NCBI GenBank assembly: GCA_964600045.1
Contig: CAZRHS010000001.1
Span: 11,046 to 75,045 of the forward strand
Reading direction: 5' to 3'
Origin: an uncultured Clostridium sp.
GTDB taxonomy: Bacteria > Bacillota > Clostridia > Christensenellales > CAG-138
Length of the DNA stretch: 64,000 nucleotides
Shown: positions 27,992-37,180 of the stretch, piece by piece
Numbering within the stretch: the stretch's first letter is position 1
Layout of the letters: every line of letters starts with the position of its first letter
Notes under the pieces: model-generated
What the model was told of the DNA's origin: nothing
What the model saw: only the letters and a program-made list of their open reading frames with translations
The model's database searches: none
Position numbers and translations under genes: made by a program

Positions 27992-29767
27992 ATGATACAG
28001 TCTAGAACCCATACCTGCGGCGAACTTAGGCTCAGCAACGTAAATGAGCACGTAACGCTTGTGGGCTGGATGGAAAACGTTCGTATAGTGGGCAACAACT
28101 TTGCGTTTGTGGTTCTGCGCGATTTTTACGGCACAACCCAGATAGTTGTTGAAACCGAGGAAATGATGAACGTTGTAAAGGGCATCAATAAGGAATCCAC
28201 CATTTCCGTAACCGGTACCGTGCGCGAGCGCGCCAGCAAGAACGCAAAGCTTGCCACCGGCGAAATAGAAATAGTGCCCGAAAAGATAGAGGTGCTCGGC
28301 CGCTGCATTTATAATGAGCTGCCCTTTGAAATTAACCGCAGCCGCGAGGCGGACGAAACGCAAAGGCTTAAATACCGCTACCTTGACCTGAGGAATCCCG
28401 AGGTTAAGAACAACATAATCCTTCGCTGCAACGTTATAGCCGCCATAAGGAAGGCAATGCTTGCGCACAACTTCCTTGAAATAACAACGCCTATACTTAC
28501 CGCGTCAAGCCCCGAGGGCGCGAGGGACTATCTTGTTCCCGCAAGGAAGCACCCCGGCAAGTTCTATGCCCTGCCCCAGGCGCCGCAGCAGTTTAAGCAG
28601 CTGCTCATGACCTCCGGTTTCGACAGGTATTTCCAGATAGCCCCCTGCTTCCGCGACGAGGACGCGCGCGGAGACAGGAGCCCCGGCGAATTCTATCAGC
28701 TGGATATGGAAATGGCGTTTGCCACCCAGGAGGACGTATTCTCAATTATAGAGGATGTGTTCCCGCCCATATTCGCCGAGTACGGCACATACAGCATAGC
28801 TTCCAAAGCTCCCTTTAACCGCATAACCTACAACGATGCCCTTGAGCAGTTCGGTTCCGATAAGCCGGACTACCGCATAGACCTTAGGGTAAACGACATA
28901 ACCGAGCTTGTGGCGGGCAGCGAGTTCGCTCCCTTTGCCGAGGGCAACACCGTAAAGGCAATACCCTGCAGCGGCTGCGAGCTTACAAGAAAGCAGATAG
29001 ACAAGCTCTGCGCGGACGTAGAGGTTCAGGCGGGTGCCAAGCCCTACTGGTTTAAGGTTGAGGCGGACGGCAGCTTCGCCGGCGGCGTTGCCAAGTTCAT
29101 GACCCCGCATCACGACGCCGTAACAAAGGCCCTTGGCCTTACCCCCGGAACGCTTGTCGGCATAACCGCGGGCAAGAAGTCCGCCGCTCAGAAGACCGCC
29201 GGCGTTATGCGCAAAATGCTCGGCGCGGCCGTTCCCGGTCACATGGACAAGGAACGCTACGAGTTCTGCTGGGTTGTAGACTTCCCCATGTACGAAATCG
29301 GCGAGGAGTCCGGCGAGCTTGAGTTCTGCCATAACCCGTTCTCAATGCCCGGCGGCGGCGCGGAAACGCTTAAAAAGGCCATCGCGGGTGAGATTGATCC
29401 GCTTACCATCACCGCTCAGCAGTACGACTTGGTCTGCAACGGCGTGGAGCTTTCCTCCGGTGCCGTAAGAAATCACGACCCCGAAATTATGATAGAGGCG
29501 TTCCGCCTTGTTCGCCTTGGCGAAGAGGATGTTAAGAAAAAGTTCCCCGCCATGTATAACGCCTTCTGCTACGGTGCGCCACCTCATGCCGGCATAGCCC
29601 CGGGCGTGGACAGAATAGTTATGCTGCTCGCGGGAGAGGAAAGCATAAGGGAGATTATACCGTTCCCCATGAACAAGAACGCGCAGGATATACTGATGGG
29701 CGCGCCGAGCCCGGTTACGGACAAGCAGCTTGAGGAGCTGCACATAAAGGTGGATATTGATGAGTGA
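27992..29767 (+). CDS. aspS: Aspartyl-tRNA synthetase
   Basis: 591 aa. N-terminal OB fold, class IIb motifs (CFRDEDARGDRSPGEFYQLD; GGGAETL..; PPHAGIAPGVDR) and a bacterial-type insertion domain. Confidence 0.95.
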   Translation: MIQSRTHTCGELRLSNVNEHVTLVGWMENVRIVGNNFAFVVLRDFYGTTQIVVETEEMMNVVKGINKESTISVTGTVRERASKNAKLATGEIEIVPEKIEVLGRCIYNELPFEINRSREADETQRLKYRYLDLRNPEVKNNIILRCNVIAAIRKAMLAHNFLEITTPILTASSPEGARDYLVPARKHPGKFYALPQAPQQFKQLLMTSGFDRYFQIAPCFRDEDARGDRSPGEFYQLDMEMAFATQEDVFSIIEDVFPPIFAEYGTYSIASKAPFNRITYNDALEQFGSDKPDYRIDLRVNDITELVAGSEFAPFAEGNTVKAIPCSGCELTRKQIDKLCADVEVQAGAKPYWFKVEADGSFAGGVAKFMTPHHDAVTKALGLTPGTLVGITAGKKSAAQKTAGVMRKMLGAAVPGHMDKERYEFCWVVDFPMYEIGEESGELEFCHNPFSMPGGGAETLKKAIAGEIDPLTITAQQYDLVCNGVELSSGAVRNHDPEIMIEAFRLVRLGEEDVKKKFPAMYNAFCYGAPPHAGIAPGVDRIVMLLAGEESIREIIPFPMNKNAQDILMGAPSPVTDKQLEELHIKVDIDE

Positions 29768-30182
29768 GGAAGTAAGGCAGAAGGGCACGGTTGTTGAGAC
29801 AAAGGGCAAAAAGGCTACGGTACGCTTTATGAAAACCGATGCCTGCGGCCACTGCAACGCCTGCTTTCGCTTCGGCTCAAACGAGGCGGACATAGAAATG
29901 GACAATACCCTGGGCGCGAAGAAGGGCGACGAGGTATTTATAGACATGCATGCCACAACGGTGCTTAAAGCCAGCGCCATAGTTTACGGCATTCCCATAA
30001 TCGGCCTTATAATAGGCGTTCTTGTGGGATCCCGCTTTGGCGATATATACGCGGCCGCGGGCGGCGTTGGGCTTTGCCTTGTAAGCTTTCTGGTGCTTAA
30101 AAAGCTTGAACCCAAGTTTGCCAAAATGAACGAGTTCAAGCCCAGAATGACGGCCTTTGTAAACGCGAAGGACGGCGAATAA
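29757..30182 (+). CDS. RseC/MucC (SoxR-reducing system) family protein
   Basis: 141 aa. N-terminus KGTVVETKGKKATVRFMKTDACGHCNAC followed by two TM helices. It overlaps the aspS stop by 11 nt. Confidence 0.65.
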   Translation: MMSEEVRQKGTVVETKGKKATVRFMKTDACGHCNACFRFGSNEADIEMDNTLGAKKGDEVFIDMHATTVLKASAIVYGIPIIGLIIGVLVGSRFGDIYAAAGGVGLCLVSFLVLKKLEPKFAKMNEFKPRMTAFVNAKDGE

Positions 30183-30212
30183 AGTTTTTTTAACCAAAGG
30201 AGAATACCAAAG

Positions 30213-30530
30213 ATGGTAAAGCATCTTACAACGGCTGATTTCGATTCGGCTGTAGAGGCGTCAAAGCCCGTACTTGTGGATTTCTGGGCAACCTGGTGCG
30301 GCCCCTGCCGCATGATAGGGCCGATCATGGAGGAACTTGGCGAGGATTATGACGGCCGCGCCGACATTTGCAAGGTGAATGTTGACGAGGAAGTAGAGCT
30401 TGCGAAGCGCTTCCGCGTAATGAGCATCCCCTGCGTTATACTCTTTAAGGACGGCCAGGAAATAAACCGCCTTATAGGCGCCAGGGACAAGGAAGAGTAC
30501 GCCGACGCTATCGAAGAGATAATGGGCTGA
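30213..30530 (+). CDS. trxA: Thioredoxin
   Basis: 105 aa. WATWCGPCRMI active site. Confidence 0.92.
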   Translation: MVKHLTTADFDSAVEASKPVLVDFWATWCGPCRMIGPIMEELGEDYDGRADICKVNVDEEVELAKRFRVMSIPCVILFKDGQEINRLIGARDKEEYADAIEEIMG

Positions 30531-30543
30531 AGAAGAGCATAAC

Positions 30544-30575
30544 AAAAGGAGCGGTCATTGCGGCCGCTCCTTTTT
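30544..30575. terminator. Bidirectional terminator between trxA and the dipeptidase gene
   Basis: AAAAGGAGCGG-TCATTGCGG-CCGCTCCTTTTT. Confidence 0.65.
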
Positions 30576-30584
30576 CGTGCTTAA

Positions 30585-31229
30585 TTACTTAATGGGGAAA
30601 TTGAAATAGGTGTCCGGATAGGGCTCGGGGTTAACATTGTAGTGCCACCATTCGCCCTCATAAAGCGTCATGCCCGCGCCGAGCATGGCATCCCTCAGTA
30701 TTGCGCGGTTCTTTTCCTGCTCAGGCGTAAGCCCTGCGGCGCCGTGGTTTGAGCGGGGGTCCATATAGTCGAATATAGAGCCCATGTCAAGCTCCTGATG
30801 GGTGTTCATGTCAACTATCGTAAGGTCAACGGCTTTGGCCCTTGTGTGGCCGGAGCGGCGGGCAATGTAGCCCTGGCTGAAAACTTCCGCCTTGTCAAGG
30901 TTGGGGTACTGTATGCTCTTGCGGCGAATGTCCGAAATGTCCTCGCCCCAGCGGCAGAAGTCGTCCACCGCGCTCTGGGGACGGTAAGCGTCAAAGAATT
31001 TCATAATGTAGCCCTGCTTGCGCAGTGTTTCCGCGGCCTTTACGCAGCAATCCGCAAGGGCCTTGCTCATAACAACCAGCGGCTGCTCGTAGCCCGCGGC
31101 GGGGCGGCCCATAAAGTTATCGGTTCCGGCGTATTTAGCGTCTATTATGCAGTCCTCAATCAGCTCGTCTATGTATACAAAGCCTTCGGGCAGTCCGGCC
31201 TTGGGTATGCCGGCGGTACTTGTGTTCAT
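30585..31229 (-). CDS. ddpX: D-alanyl-D-alanine dipeptidase (M15D, VanX/DdpX family)
   Basis: 214 aa. Colinear with VanX as recalled: DAKYAGTDNF, YRPQSAV, SGHTRAKAVDLT (SxHxxGxAxD), EWWHY, PYPDTYFNFP. Confidence 0.85.
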   Translation of the reverse strand: MNTSTAGIPKAGLPEGFVYIDELIEDCIIDAKYAGTDNFMGRPAAGYEQPLVVMSKALADCCVKAAETLRKQGYIMKFFDAYRPQSAVDDFCRWGEDISDIRRKSIQYPNLDKAEVFSQGYIARRSGHTRAKAVDLTIVDMNTHQELDMGSIFDYMDPRSNHGAAGLTPEQEKNRAILRDAMLGAGMTLYEGEWWHYNVNPEPYPDTYFNFPIK

Positions 31230-31252
31230 TGTGTTCGCCTCTCTTTTCTTTT

Positions 31253-32344
31253 TTAGAAGGATTTTATAATGTCCGCGTTCAGGCCGGTGGCTATCGCGCA
31301 GGCAAGCTTAACGGTTGCGGAATAATCAGCAAACGTTGTTATGCAGTTTGGACCGTGTATATAGCGCACGGGAACGCCCATAACTATGCTGGGCGCGCCT
31401 ATAAGCTGCGCCTGTATAACGGCGGCGTTGTTGCCGCCGCCCTCCCTTACGCTCGCTTGAACCGCAAGTGAGTTTTTCTCCGCCGTGTCAAGCGCAAAGC
31501 GCTGAAAGCGGGGGTTGCATATAACGGATTTGTCCATAAAGCGGAGCATGGGGCCTTTTTTAAGCAAAGTCTGCATGGCGTATGCTTCGCCGAACGTATC
31601 GTCCGCGGGGCAGCCCTCAAAAACAAGCGCGGCATCCGGCTTAACGCGGTTTACCGCAACCTTGCAGCCGCGTTCGCCAACCTCTTCCTGGGATGAAAGC
31701 ACGCCCACTATATCAACATCAAGCTCAACCGAGCTTAAAACGCGCATCGTTTCAACCAGCGCGGCGCAGCCTATGCGGCAGTCGAATCCCTTGCCGAACA
31801 TTATATCGCGCTTTTCGTCATATTCAAAGGGGGTGGCCGGCACGGCGGGTTCGCCTATGCGTATGCCGAATTCGTCCTTTGCTTCGTCCGCGCTGCGTGC
31901 GCCTATGTCTATAACCAGGCTTGATACGCTCTGCACCTTGTTCTGCGCGCGCTCCTCGTCGCTTAAAAAGTGCGGCGGCTTTGCGGCTATCATTCCGCGT
32001 ACCCATTCGCCAAAGTGGTTGCGCACAAGCACGCGCGTGCCGGGCAGGGTGTTTTTGCTCCAGCCGCCAAGCTCAAGGAACCTGAGCGTGCCGTTAGGCT
32101 TTATGGAGTGAATTATAAAGCCCACCTCGTCGCTGTGCGCGTCAAGCATAAGCGTGGGCTTATTGCCGCTGTTTTTGCGGCGGTAAATATAAAGGTTGCG
32201 CAGGCTGTCCTCTTCAAAGTCGCAAATGTCGCCAAGAATTTGGCGTACCGCGGCAACGGTTTCGTCCTCAAAGCCGCTCGGGCCCTTGGCCTCGGCAAGC
32301 GTCCTTATAACATTAAGCTCTCTTTCGTTGGCAATAACCATCAA
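31253..32344 (-). CDS. M42 family metallopeptidase (glutamyl aminopeptidase / FrvX-CelM type)
   Basis: 363 aa. MLDAHSDEVGFII, SSQEEVGERG and the overall M42 layout. Confidence 0.85.
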   Translation of the reverse strand: MMVIANERELNVIRTLAEAKGPSGFEDETVAAVRQILGDICDFEEDSLRNLYIYRRKNSGNKPTLMLDAHSDEVGFIIHSIKPNGTLRFLELGGWSKNTLPGTRVLVRNHFGEWVRGMIAAKPPHFLSDEERAQNKVQSVSSLVIDIGARSADEAKDEFGIRIGEPAVPATPFEYDEKRDIMFGKGFDCRIGCAALVETMRVLSSVELDVDIVGVLSSQEEVGERGCKVAVNRVKPDAALVFEGCPADDTFGEAYAMQTLLKKGPMLRFMDKSVICNPRFQRFALDTAEKNSLAVQASVREGGGNNAAVIQAQLIGAPSIVMGVPVRYIHGPNCITTFADYSATVKLACAIATGLNADIIKSF

Positions 32345-32462
32345 AGCGTGCTCCCTTCACTTAATTCTGTTTGCTGCGTCATTTTTCAATAAAAAGTATA
32401 TATTGATTGTACCCCGCTGAAAGGCCTGTGTAAAGCTGAAAGTTGGGGGAGGGGAAAAGACA

Positions 32463-32753
32463 TTATTTATACAGCAAATCGCTGTGCGTGCCCGTGCGGG
32501 CAAGGGTCAGCACGAGAACATCGGATTCAATGTAATAGATAAGCAGCCAGTCCGGCATTATGTGGCATTCTCTGTATCCTATCCAGTTTCCGGTTAACGC
32601 GTGGTCGCGGCAGGAAGGGGGCAGGGGAATGCCCATAGCAAGCAATTTAATCGTTTCCTTAAGAAGAGAAACATTCAATCCCCGCTTTAAGGCAAGCTTA
32701 TAATCCTTTTTGAATGCCGATGTCCATTTAACGGTGTATTTAACATCGCTCAT
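32463..32753 (-). CDS. yafQ: YafQ family type II toxin (RelE-fold mRNA interferase)
   Basis: 96 aa. Colinear with E. coli YafQ as recalled: FKKDYKLALKRG..LPPSCRDHALTGNWIGYRECHIMPDWLLIY..ARTGTHSDL. Confidence 0.85.
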   Translation of the reverse strand: MSDVKYTVKWTSAFKKDYKLALKRGLNVSLLKETIKLLAMGIPLPPSCRDHALTGNWIGYRECHIMPDWLLIYYIESDVLVLTLARTGTHSDLLYK

Positions 32754-33028
32754 TTATTAAGATTCTCAAAAAGCTCGTCTATATCGGTATAGCCCTTAAC
32801 GGCGGGGTCTTTCGCTATGCGCTGTGCCTCAAGCATTGCGGCAATTGTTTCCTTGTTGGGCTGGTTCAGCGTTATTTGAAAAGGAATGCCGCCCTCGCGC
32901 AGAGACTGCCGCACAAATATATTGAACGCCGTTGAAAGATTCATGCCAAGCTCGCCGAACAGTTCCTCGGCCTGCGCCTTAAGCTTTGTATCCATGCGTA
33001 TGCTTATATTCGTGGTAGTGGATTCCAT
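32750..33028 (-). CDS. dinJ: DinJ/RelB family antitoxin
   Basis: 92 aa. ISIRMDTKLKAQAEELFGELGMNLSTAFNIFVRQSLREGGIPF (ribbon-helix-helix DinJ pattern). 4-nt overlap with yafQ. Confidence 0.85.
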   Translation of the reverse strand: MESTTTNISIRMDTKLKAQAEELFGELGMNLSTAFNIFVRQSLREGGIPFQITLNQPNKETIAAMLEAQRIAKDPAVKGYTDIDELFENLNK

Positions 33029-33070
33029 TGTATTGCTCCTTTCGTATGTTTTAACGCATTATACATTATT

Positions 33071-33102
33071 TGCACGAAAAATACAATACTATGCACGAAA
33101 AA
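33071..33102. promoter_or_regulatory. Direct repeat TGCACGAAAAA x2 upstream of dinJ (candidate operator/promoter region)
   Basis: Identical 11-mers at 33071-33081 and 33092-33102, 21 nt apart. They lie 43-74 nt upstream of the dinJ start, in the divergent dinJ/degV intergenic region. Confidence 0.35.
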
Positions 33103-33221
33103 CACTTAAAACGTTAGGGCTGCTTTATCCCAAAGATTTTGCATGGATATGTTTATATTAAGTTAACATTCGCCCTGTATAGTAAAGCTATATTATTATG
33201 CAATCATAGCGGAGGTCTTAA

Positions 33222-34067
33222 ATGACTATCAAAATCACGTCGGACAGCACATGCGATCTGACAAAGGAAATGCTTGAAGAGCACGGCATAGAGCTGTTTC
33301 CGCTTTATGTTACGCTTGGCGGCAAAACGCTTAAGGATGGGCTTGAGGTAACGCCGGACGATATATTTGCCCACGTTGCCGCGGGCGGCTCGCTTGCCCG
33401 CACCGCCGCCGTTACGCCCAATGATTACGAGGCAAGGTTTGATGAGCTCAGCCGCGAGTACGACGCGGTTATACACGTTAATATTTCAAGCGACTTTTCG
33501 GCCTGCTGCCAAAACGCGCGCATAGCGGCGGAAAAGTTCAAAAACGTGTATGTTGTTGACTCAAGAAATCTTTCAACCGGGCACGGCCATGTTGTGCTGG
33601 AGGCGGCAAAACGCTCCGAAGCAGGCATGAACGCTAAAGAAATAGTTGATGAGCTTGAGCGGGACATAGTGCCAAACGTGGACGCCAGCTTTATAATAGA
33701 CAGGCTTGATTATCTTGCCAAGGGCGGCCGCTGCTCAACCGTTACAATGCTCGGCGCGAACATGCTTCAGCTTAAACCCTGCATAGAGGTTGTGGACGGC
33801 AAAATGCGCGTGGGTACAAAGTACCGCGGTTCCTTTGAAAAGTGCGTTCATAAATACGTTAAGGAGCGCCTTGAAGGAAAAAACGACATTCGCCCGGGCA
33901 GAATATTCATAACCCATTCCGGCTGCCCCGAGGGGGATATAGCCGCCGCGCGCGAGGAAATAGAAAGGTATCAGTCCTTTGACGAAATAAGCGTAACCCG
34001 CGCGGGCTGCACCGTTTCATCCCATTGCGGCCCGAGAACGCTCGGCGTGCTTTACATTAAAAAATAA
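33222..34067 (+). CDS. DegV family fatty-acid-binding protein
   Basis: 281 aa. IKITSDSTCDL N-terminus and a typical DegV/EDD fold (..VVDSRNLSTGHG..). Confidence 0.9.
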   Translation: MTIKITSDSTCDLTKEMLEEHGIELFPLYVTLGGKTLKDGLEVTPDDIFAHVAAGGSLARTAAVTPNDYEARFDELSREYDAVIHVNISSDFSACCQNARIAAEKFKNVYVVDSRNLSTGHGHVVLEAAKRSEAGMNAKEIVDELERDIVPNVDASFIIDRLDYLAKGGRCSTVTMLGANMLQLKPCIEVVDGKMRVGTKYRGSFEKCVHKYVKERLEGKNDIRPGRIFITHSGCPEGDIAAAREEIERYQSFDEISVTRAGCTVSSHCGPRTLGVLYIKK

Positions 34068-34082
34068 ACAGTCAGCAGATGT

Positions 34083-34109
34083 GGGGGCGGTGATACACCG
34101 CTCCTTTTT
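34083..34109 (+). terminator. Rho-independent terminator after degV
   Basis: GGGGCGGTG-ATA-CACCGCTCC followed by TTTTT. Confidence 0.6.
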
Positions 34110-34187
34110 GCTTGTATTGGGGATTGAACGCGGGATTAACAGAAGGTATAATAATACAATATAGCTTAAAACAAAGGAGGGTTGCCG

Positions 34188-35372
34188 ATGAGCCGAAGGC
34201 GAGTAAGGATTAAACCCAAATTTTATCTTATATTAACTCTTTTTGTGGGCATAATAGTAACCGTGCTTGTGCTTGCGCTGCAGGACAGCGCGGGCGGAAC
34301 GCTTAAACAGGGCAGCATGGAGGCCACAATAACCGGAAAGGCCGTGCTTATACGCGACGAGATGAGCATTAGCGTTGATAGGTACGACAGGGTTGAGTTC
34401 AGCGTTGGCGAGGGCGAAACCGTATACGAGGGCATGCCGATAGCAACCGTTTATAAATGGGGCTATACGGACGACATGGCGCAAACGCTTCTGAATACCG
34501 AAACCGAAATATACAACGCCCAGAAATCGCAGCTTAGCGGGGTTGAAAACGCGGAGTTTTCAAGCATAGAGCTTCAGATAGAGCAAAAGCGCGCCGCTAT
34601 AAGGGCGGCGGTAAGCGGAACGGGCGAGGGCGATACGCTTACGCTTCAAAACGAGCTTAAAACCCTTATGGAGCAGCGCACGACTTTTCTTAAAAATACC
34701 GTTCAGCCGACGGAGGAGCTGACCAGGCTTTATAACACAAGGGAGGAAAAGCTTTCTCAGCTTGCCTCCTACAAAACCGAGATTACAGCCGCAAAGGACG
34801 GCCGGGTAAGCTTTTATTTTGACGGCTTTGAGCAGATACTGAATAAAGATAAGCTTGATACGATAAACGCGGCCCTTGTGAACACAACCGTTTCCGGCAC
34901 CGTGGATTCGCTTGGCGGATCGGGCGACAATTTGCTTTACAGGCTTGTTAACACCCGCCTTTGGTACGCCGCGTTTGTAACGGACGGCGAGGAAGAGGCA
35001 GGCCTGCTTGAAGGGCAAACATATACCGTAACGTTTGATGGCTACGAGGATCAGGCCTTTACCGCAACCGCCAACGAGCTTGTGCATTCCGAGGCCGGCG
35101 TGCTGAACATGCTTGAGTTTACGGAGGACATGGGAGCGCTGCTGAACAGCCGCGTTATTACTCTTACGGCAAACGCAACCCTAAGCGGTATTGTTGTTCC
35201 GCTTGATGCCATAGGCAATAAGGACGGGGCAAGCATTATAACAATAGAGAACGGGGACAATGACTACGACGTGCAGATAGACATTATAGCCACAAACGGC
35301 GAGAACGCGCTTATAAAGGCTCGCGACGGGGAAACAACCCTTAGCGAAGGAATGAGGTATAAAAAGCAGTGA
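34188..35372 (+). CDS. Membrane-anchored HlyD/membrane-fusion-protein-like protein (orphan)
   Basis: ATG 34188 follows AAGGAGG (the track start at 34182 is TTG). N-terminal TM helix, a lipoyl-like hairpin (..GEGETVYEGMPIATV.. / ..ITAAKDGRVSF..) flanking a coiled-coil segment, and a C-terminal beta domain. Confidence 0.5.
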   Translation: MSRRRVRIKPKFYLILTLFVGIIVTVLVLALQDSAGGTLKQGSMEATITGKAVLIRDEMSISVDRYDRVEFSVGEGETVYEGMPIATVYKWGYTDDMAQTLLNTETEIYNAQKSQLSGVENAEFSSIELQIEQKRAAIRAAVSGTGEGDTLTLQNELKTLMEQRTTFLKNTVQPTEELTRLYNTREEKLSQLASYKTEITAAKDGRVSFYFDGFEQILNKDKLDTINAALVNTTVSGTVDSLGGSGDNLLYRLVNTRLWYAAFVTDGEEEAGLLEGQTYTVTFDGYEDQAFTATANELVHSEAGVLNMLEFTEDMGALLNSRVITLTANATLSGIVVPLDAIGNKDGASIITIENGDNDYDVQIDIIATNGENALIKARDGETTLSEGMRYKKQ

Positions 35373-36073
35373 GCATAGCCGAGAATTATATTGAGATAAA
35401 GCAGGGCATAGCCGATGCCGCGAAAAACAGCGGCAGAAGCGCCGAGGATATAACGCTTGTTGCCGTAAGTAAATTCGTTGACGAGGACCGCATACGGCAG
35501 GCGCACGCCGCGGGAGCGAACACATTCGGCGAAAGCCGCGCGCAGGAGCTTGGCGACAAGCTGCCCATGTTTGAGGAATTCGGCGCAAACGTTCATTTTA
35601 TTGGACAATTGCAGACCAATAAGGTAAAATACGTTATAGGCCGCGTGAAAACAATACAATCCGTGGACAGGATAGAGCTTGCGGAGGAAATTTCGCGCCT
35701 GGCCGTTAAAAAAGGCATCGTTCAGAATGTATTGATAGAGGTAAACATAGGGTCGGAGCCGCAGAAGGGCGGAGCCGAGCCGGACAAGCTGAACGAGTTT
35801 CTTTCAAGTATTTCCCGCCTGCCCGGCATAAGGACAGATGGGTTAATGTGCATTCCCCCCGCGGTGGGCGAGGAGGAAGCGCGTAAATATTTTGCCCGAA
35901 TGAGGGAGCTGTTTGAAAAGGCAAAGGGCTATGACCTGCCCAATGTTTTTATGAACACGCTTTCCATGGGCATGAGCGGGGATTACAGGGCCGCCGTGGC
36001 TGAAGGCGCAACAATGGTGCGCGTAGGCCGCGCGCTGTTCGGGGAGCGGATGCGGCCCGGCCAGAAGGCGTAA
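35369..36073 (+). CDS. yggS: YggS/YlmE family pyridoxal-phosphate homeostasis protein
   Basis: 234 aa. The PLP lysine sits in LVAVSKF, with HFIGQLQTNKVKY and MGMSGDY motifs. The GTG start overlaps the upstream stop (GTGA). Confidence 0.9.
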   Translation: MSIAENYIEIKQGIADAAKNSGRSAEDITLVAVSKFVDEDRIRQAHAAGANTFGESRAQELGDKLPMFEEFGANVHFIGQLQTNKVKYVIGRVKTIQSVDRIELAEEISRLAVKKGIVQNVLIEVNIGSEPQKGGAEPDKLNEFLSSISRLPGIRTDGLMCIPPAVGEEEARKYFARMRELFEKAKGYDLPNVFMNTLSMGMSGDYRAAVAEGATMVRVGRALFGERMRPGQKA

Positions 36074-36167
36074 ACACATATCAGCCCCAAGGCGATAAAT
36101 ACGCCCGAAAACAAGGAACTATTTCTCCAAGCGCCAAAAAGAATATTTTTATTGGAGGAATAACAAA

Positions 36168-36617
36168 ATGGCAGGAGTATTGGGCAAATTTCTCGAGTAC
36201 ATCGGTATAGAGGAAAATGACGCCGAAGATGAGGTCTACGAAGACATGAACTACGAAGATGAAACCAGGGACAACAACGTTGTGAATTTCGGCAACCGCG
36301 CGAAGAAGAACGTGCAGAACGAGTCTAACGTGGTAAACCTTCCCAACGCCGCTCAGCTGAAGATGATAGTGTATCATCCCGTAAGCTACGAGGATACCCA
36401 GAACATCATCGACAATCTCAAGAGCCGCAAACCTGTTATTGTCAACATGGAAGAGCTGGATCTTGAGTGCGCTCAGCGCATACTGGACTTCATGGCGGGC
36501 GCCATCTATGCGCTCAACGGAACCATTTACAAGATCTCTCGCGGCATATTCGTTGTGGCCCCCACCAACTACGACGTTATAGGCAACGAGGAAAACGACG
36601 CGGACGGCATTATCTGA
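36168..36617 (+). CDS. sepF: Cell division protein SepF
   Basis: 149 aa. Conserved C-domain ..IVYHPVSYEDTQNIIDNLKSRKPVIVNMEELDLECAQRILDFMAGAIYALNGTIYKIS.. Confidence 0.9.
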   Translation: MAGVLGKFLEYIGIEENDAEDEVYEDMNYEDETRDNNVVNFGNRAKKNVQNESNVVNLPNAAQLKMIVYHPVSYEDTQNIIDNLKSRKPVIVNMEELDLECAQRILDFMAGAIYALNGTIYKISRGIFVVAPTNYDVIGNEENDADGII

Positions 36618-36628
36618 TCCGTGCCATC

Positions 36629-36661
36629 GGCCGCCGCAGCGCTGCGGCGGCCGTAATTTTT
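36629..36661 (+). terminator. Perfect 24-nt GC palindrome plus T-run after sepF (terminator/attenuator)
   Basis: GGCCGCCGCAGC|GCTGCGGCGGCC (36629-36652) followed by GTAATTTTTA. Confidence 0.55.
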
Positions 36662-36682
36662 ATGTAAGGATGTTCGGCTTAT

Positions 36683-37180
36683 ATGACAAGAGACGTAATT
36701 ATAAACAAGGTTTTTACCCGCGCGTTCATGGGCTACGATGCGGCGGAGGTAGACAACTTTCTTGATGAGGTAATACGCGAGTTTGACCGCATGAAGCAGG
36801 AGCTTGACGTGGCAAGGCTTAGGAACAAAATGCTGCTTGACGAGCTTGAACGCTACCGCGCCGATGCAGCCGCCAAGACCGAAAGCGAGAAGGCCGAGCC
36901 TAAGGAAGGCGAAGAACCCGCCGAAAGCACGCAAACCGTTGAAACGACCGAGAGCGAAGCCGCGAAAGAGGAAGAAAATAAGCCTGCGGAAAGCGAAGAA
37001 CCGGCCGAGGAGCAGAGCGAGGAATCTGAAGAACAGCCGAGCGAAGAACAGACAGCGGAGCAGGCGGAGGAGCAAACCGGGGATAATACGGCGGAAAGCG
37101 AAAGCGCTGAGAACGCCGAAGAAAAGACCGAATCCGATCAGGAGAAACCGGCGGAGGAAAACGGCGCCGATAAGGAATGA
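36683..37180 (+). CDS. divIVA: DivIVA domain-containing protein with an acidic low-complexity tail
   Basis: 165 aa. N-terminal DivIVA motif [31 protein letters not shown] and a coiled coil. The C-terminal approximately 100 aa are E/A/S/T-rich. Confidence 0.85.
   Translation: MTRDVIINKVFTRAFMGYDAAEVDNFLDEVIREFDRMKQELDVARLRNKMLLDELERYRADAAAKTESEKAEPKEGEEPAESTQTVETTESEAAKEEENKPAESEEPAEEQSEESEEQPSEEQTAEQAEEQTGDNTAESESAENAEEKTESDQEKPAEENGADKE

Noticed and set aside
30585-31229. A VanX-type D-Ala-D-Ala dipeptidase, together with a VanW family gene at 44986-46575, raised the question of a vancomycin-resistance cluster.
   Set aside because: No vanH, vanA/B ligase, vanR/S or vanY lies nearby, and the two genes are 14 kb apart in unrelated operons. 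Stand-alone DdpX and VanW homologues are common housekeeping or cell-wall-recycling genes.
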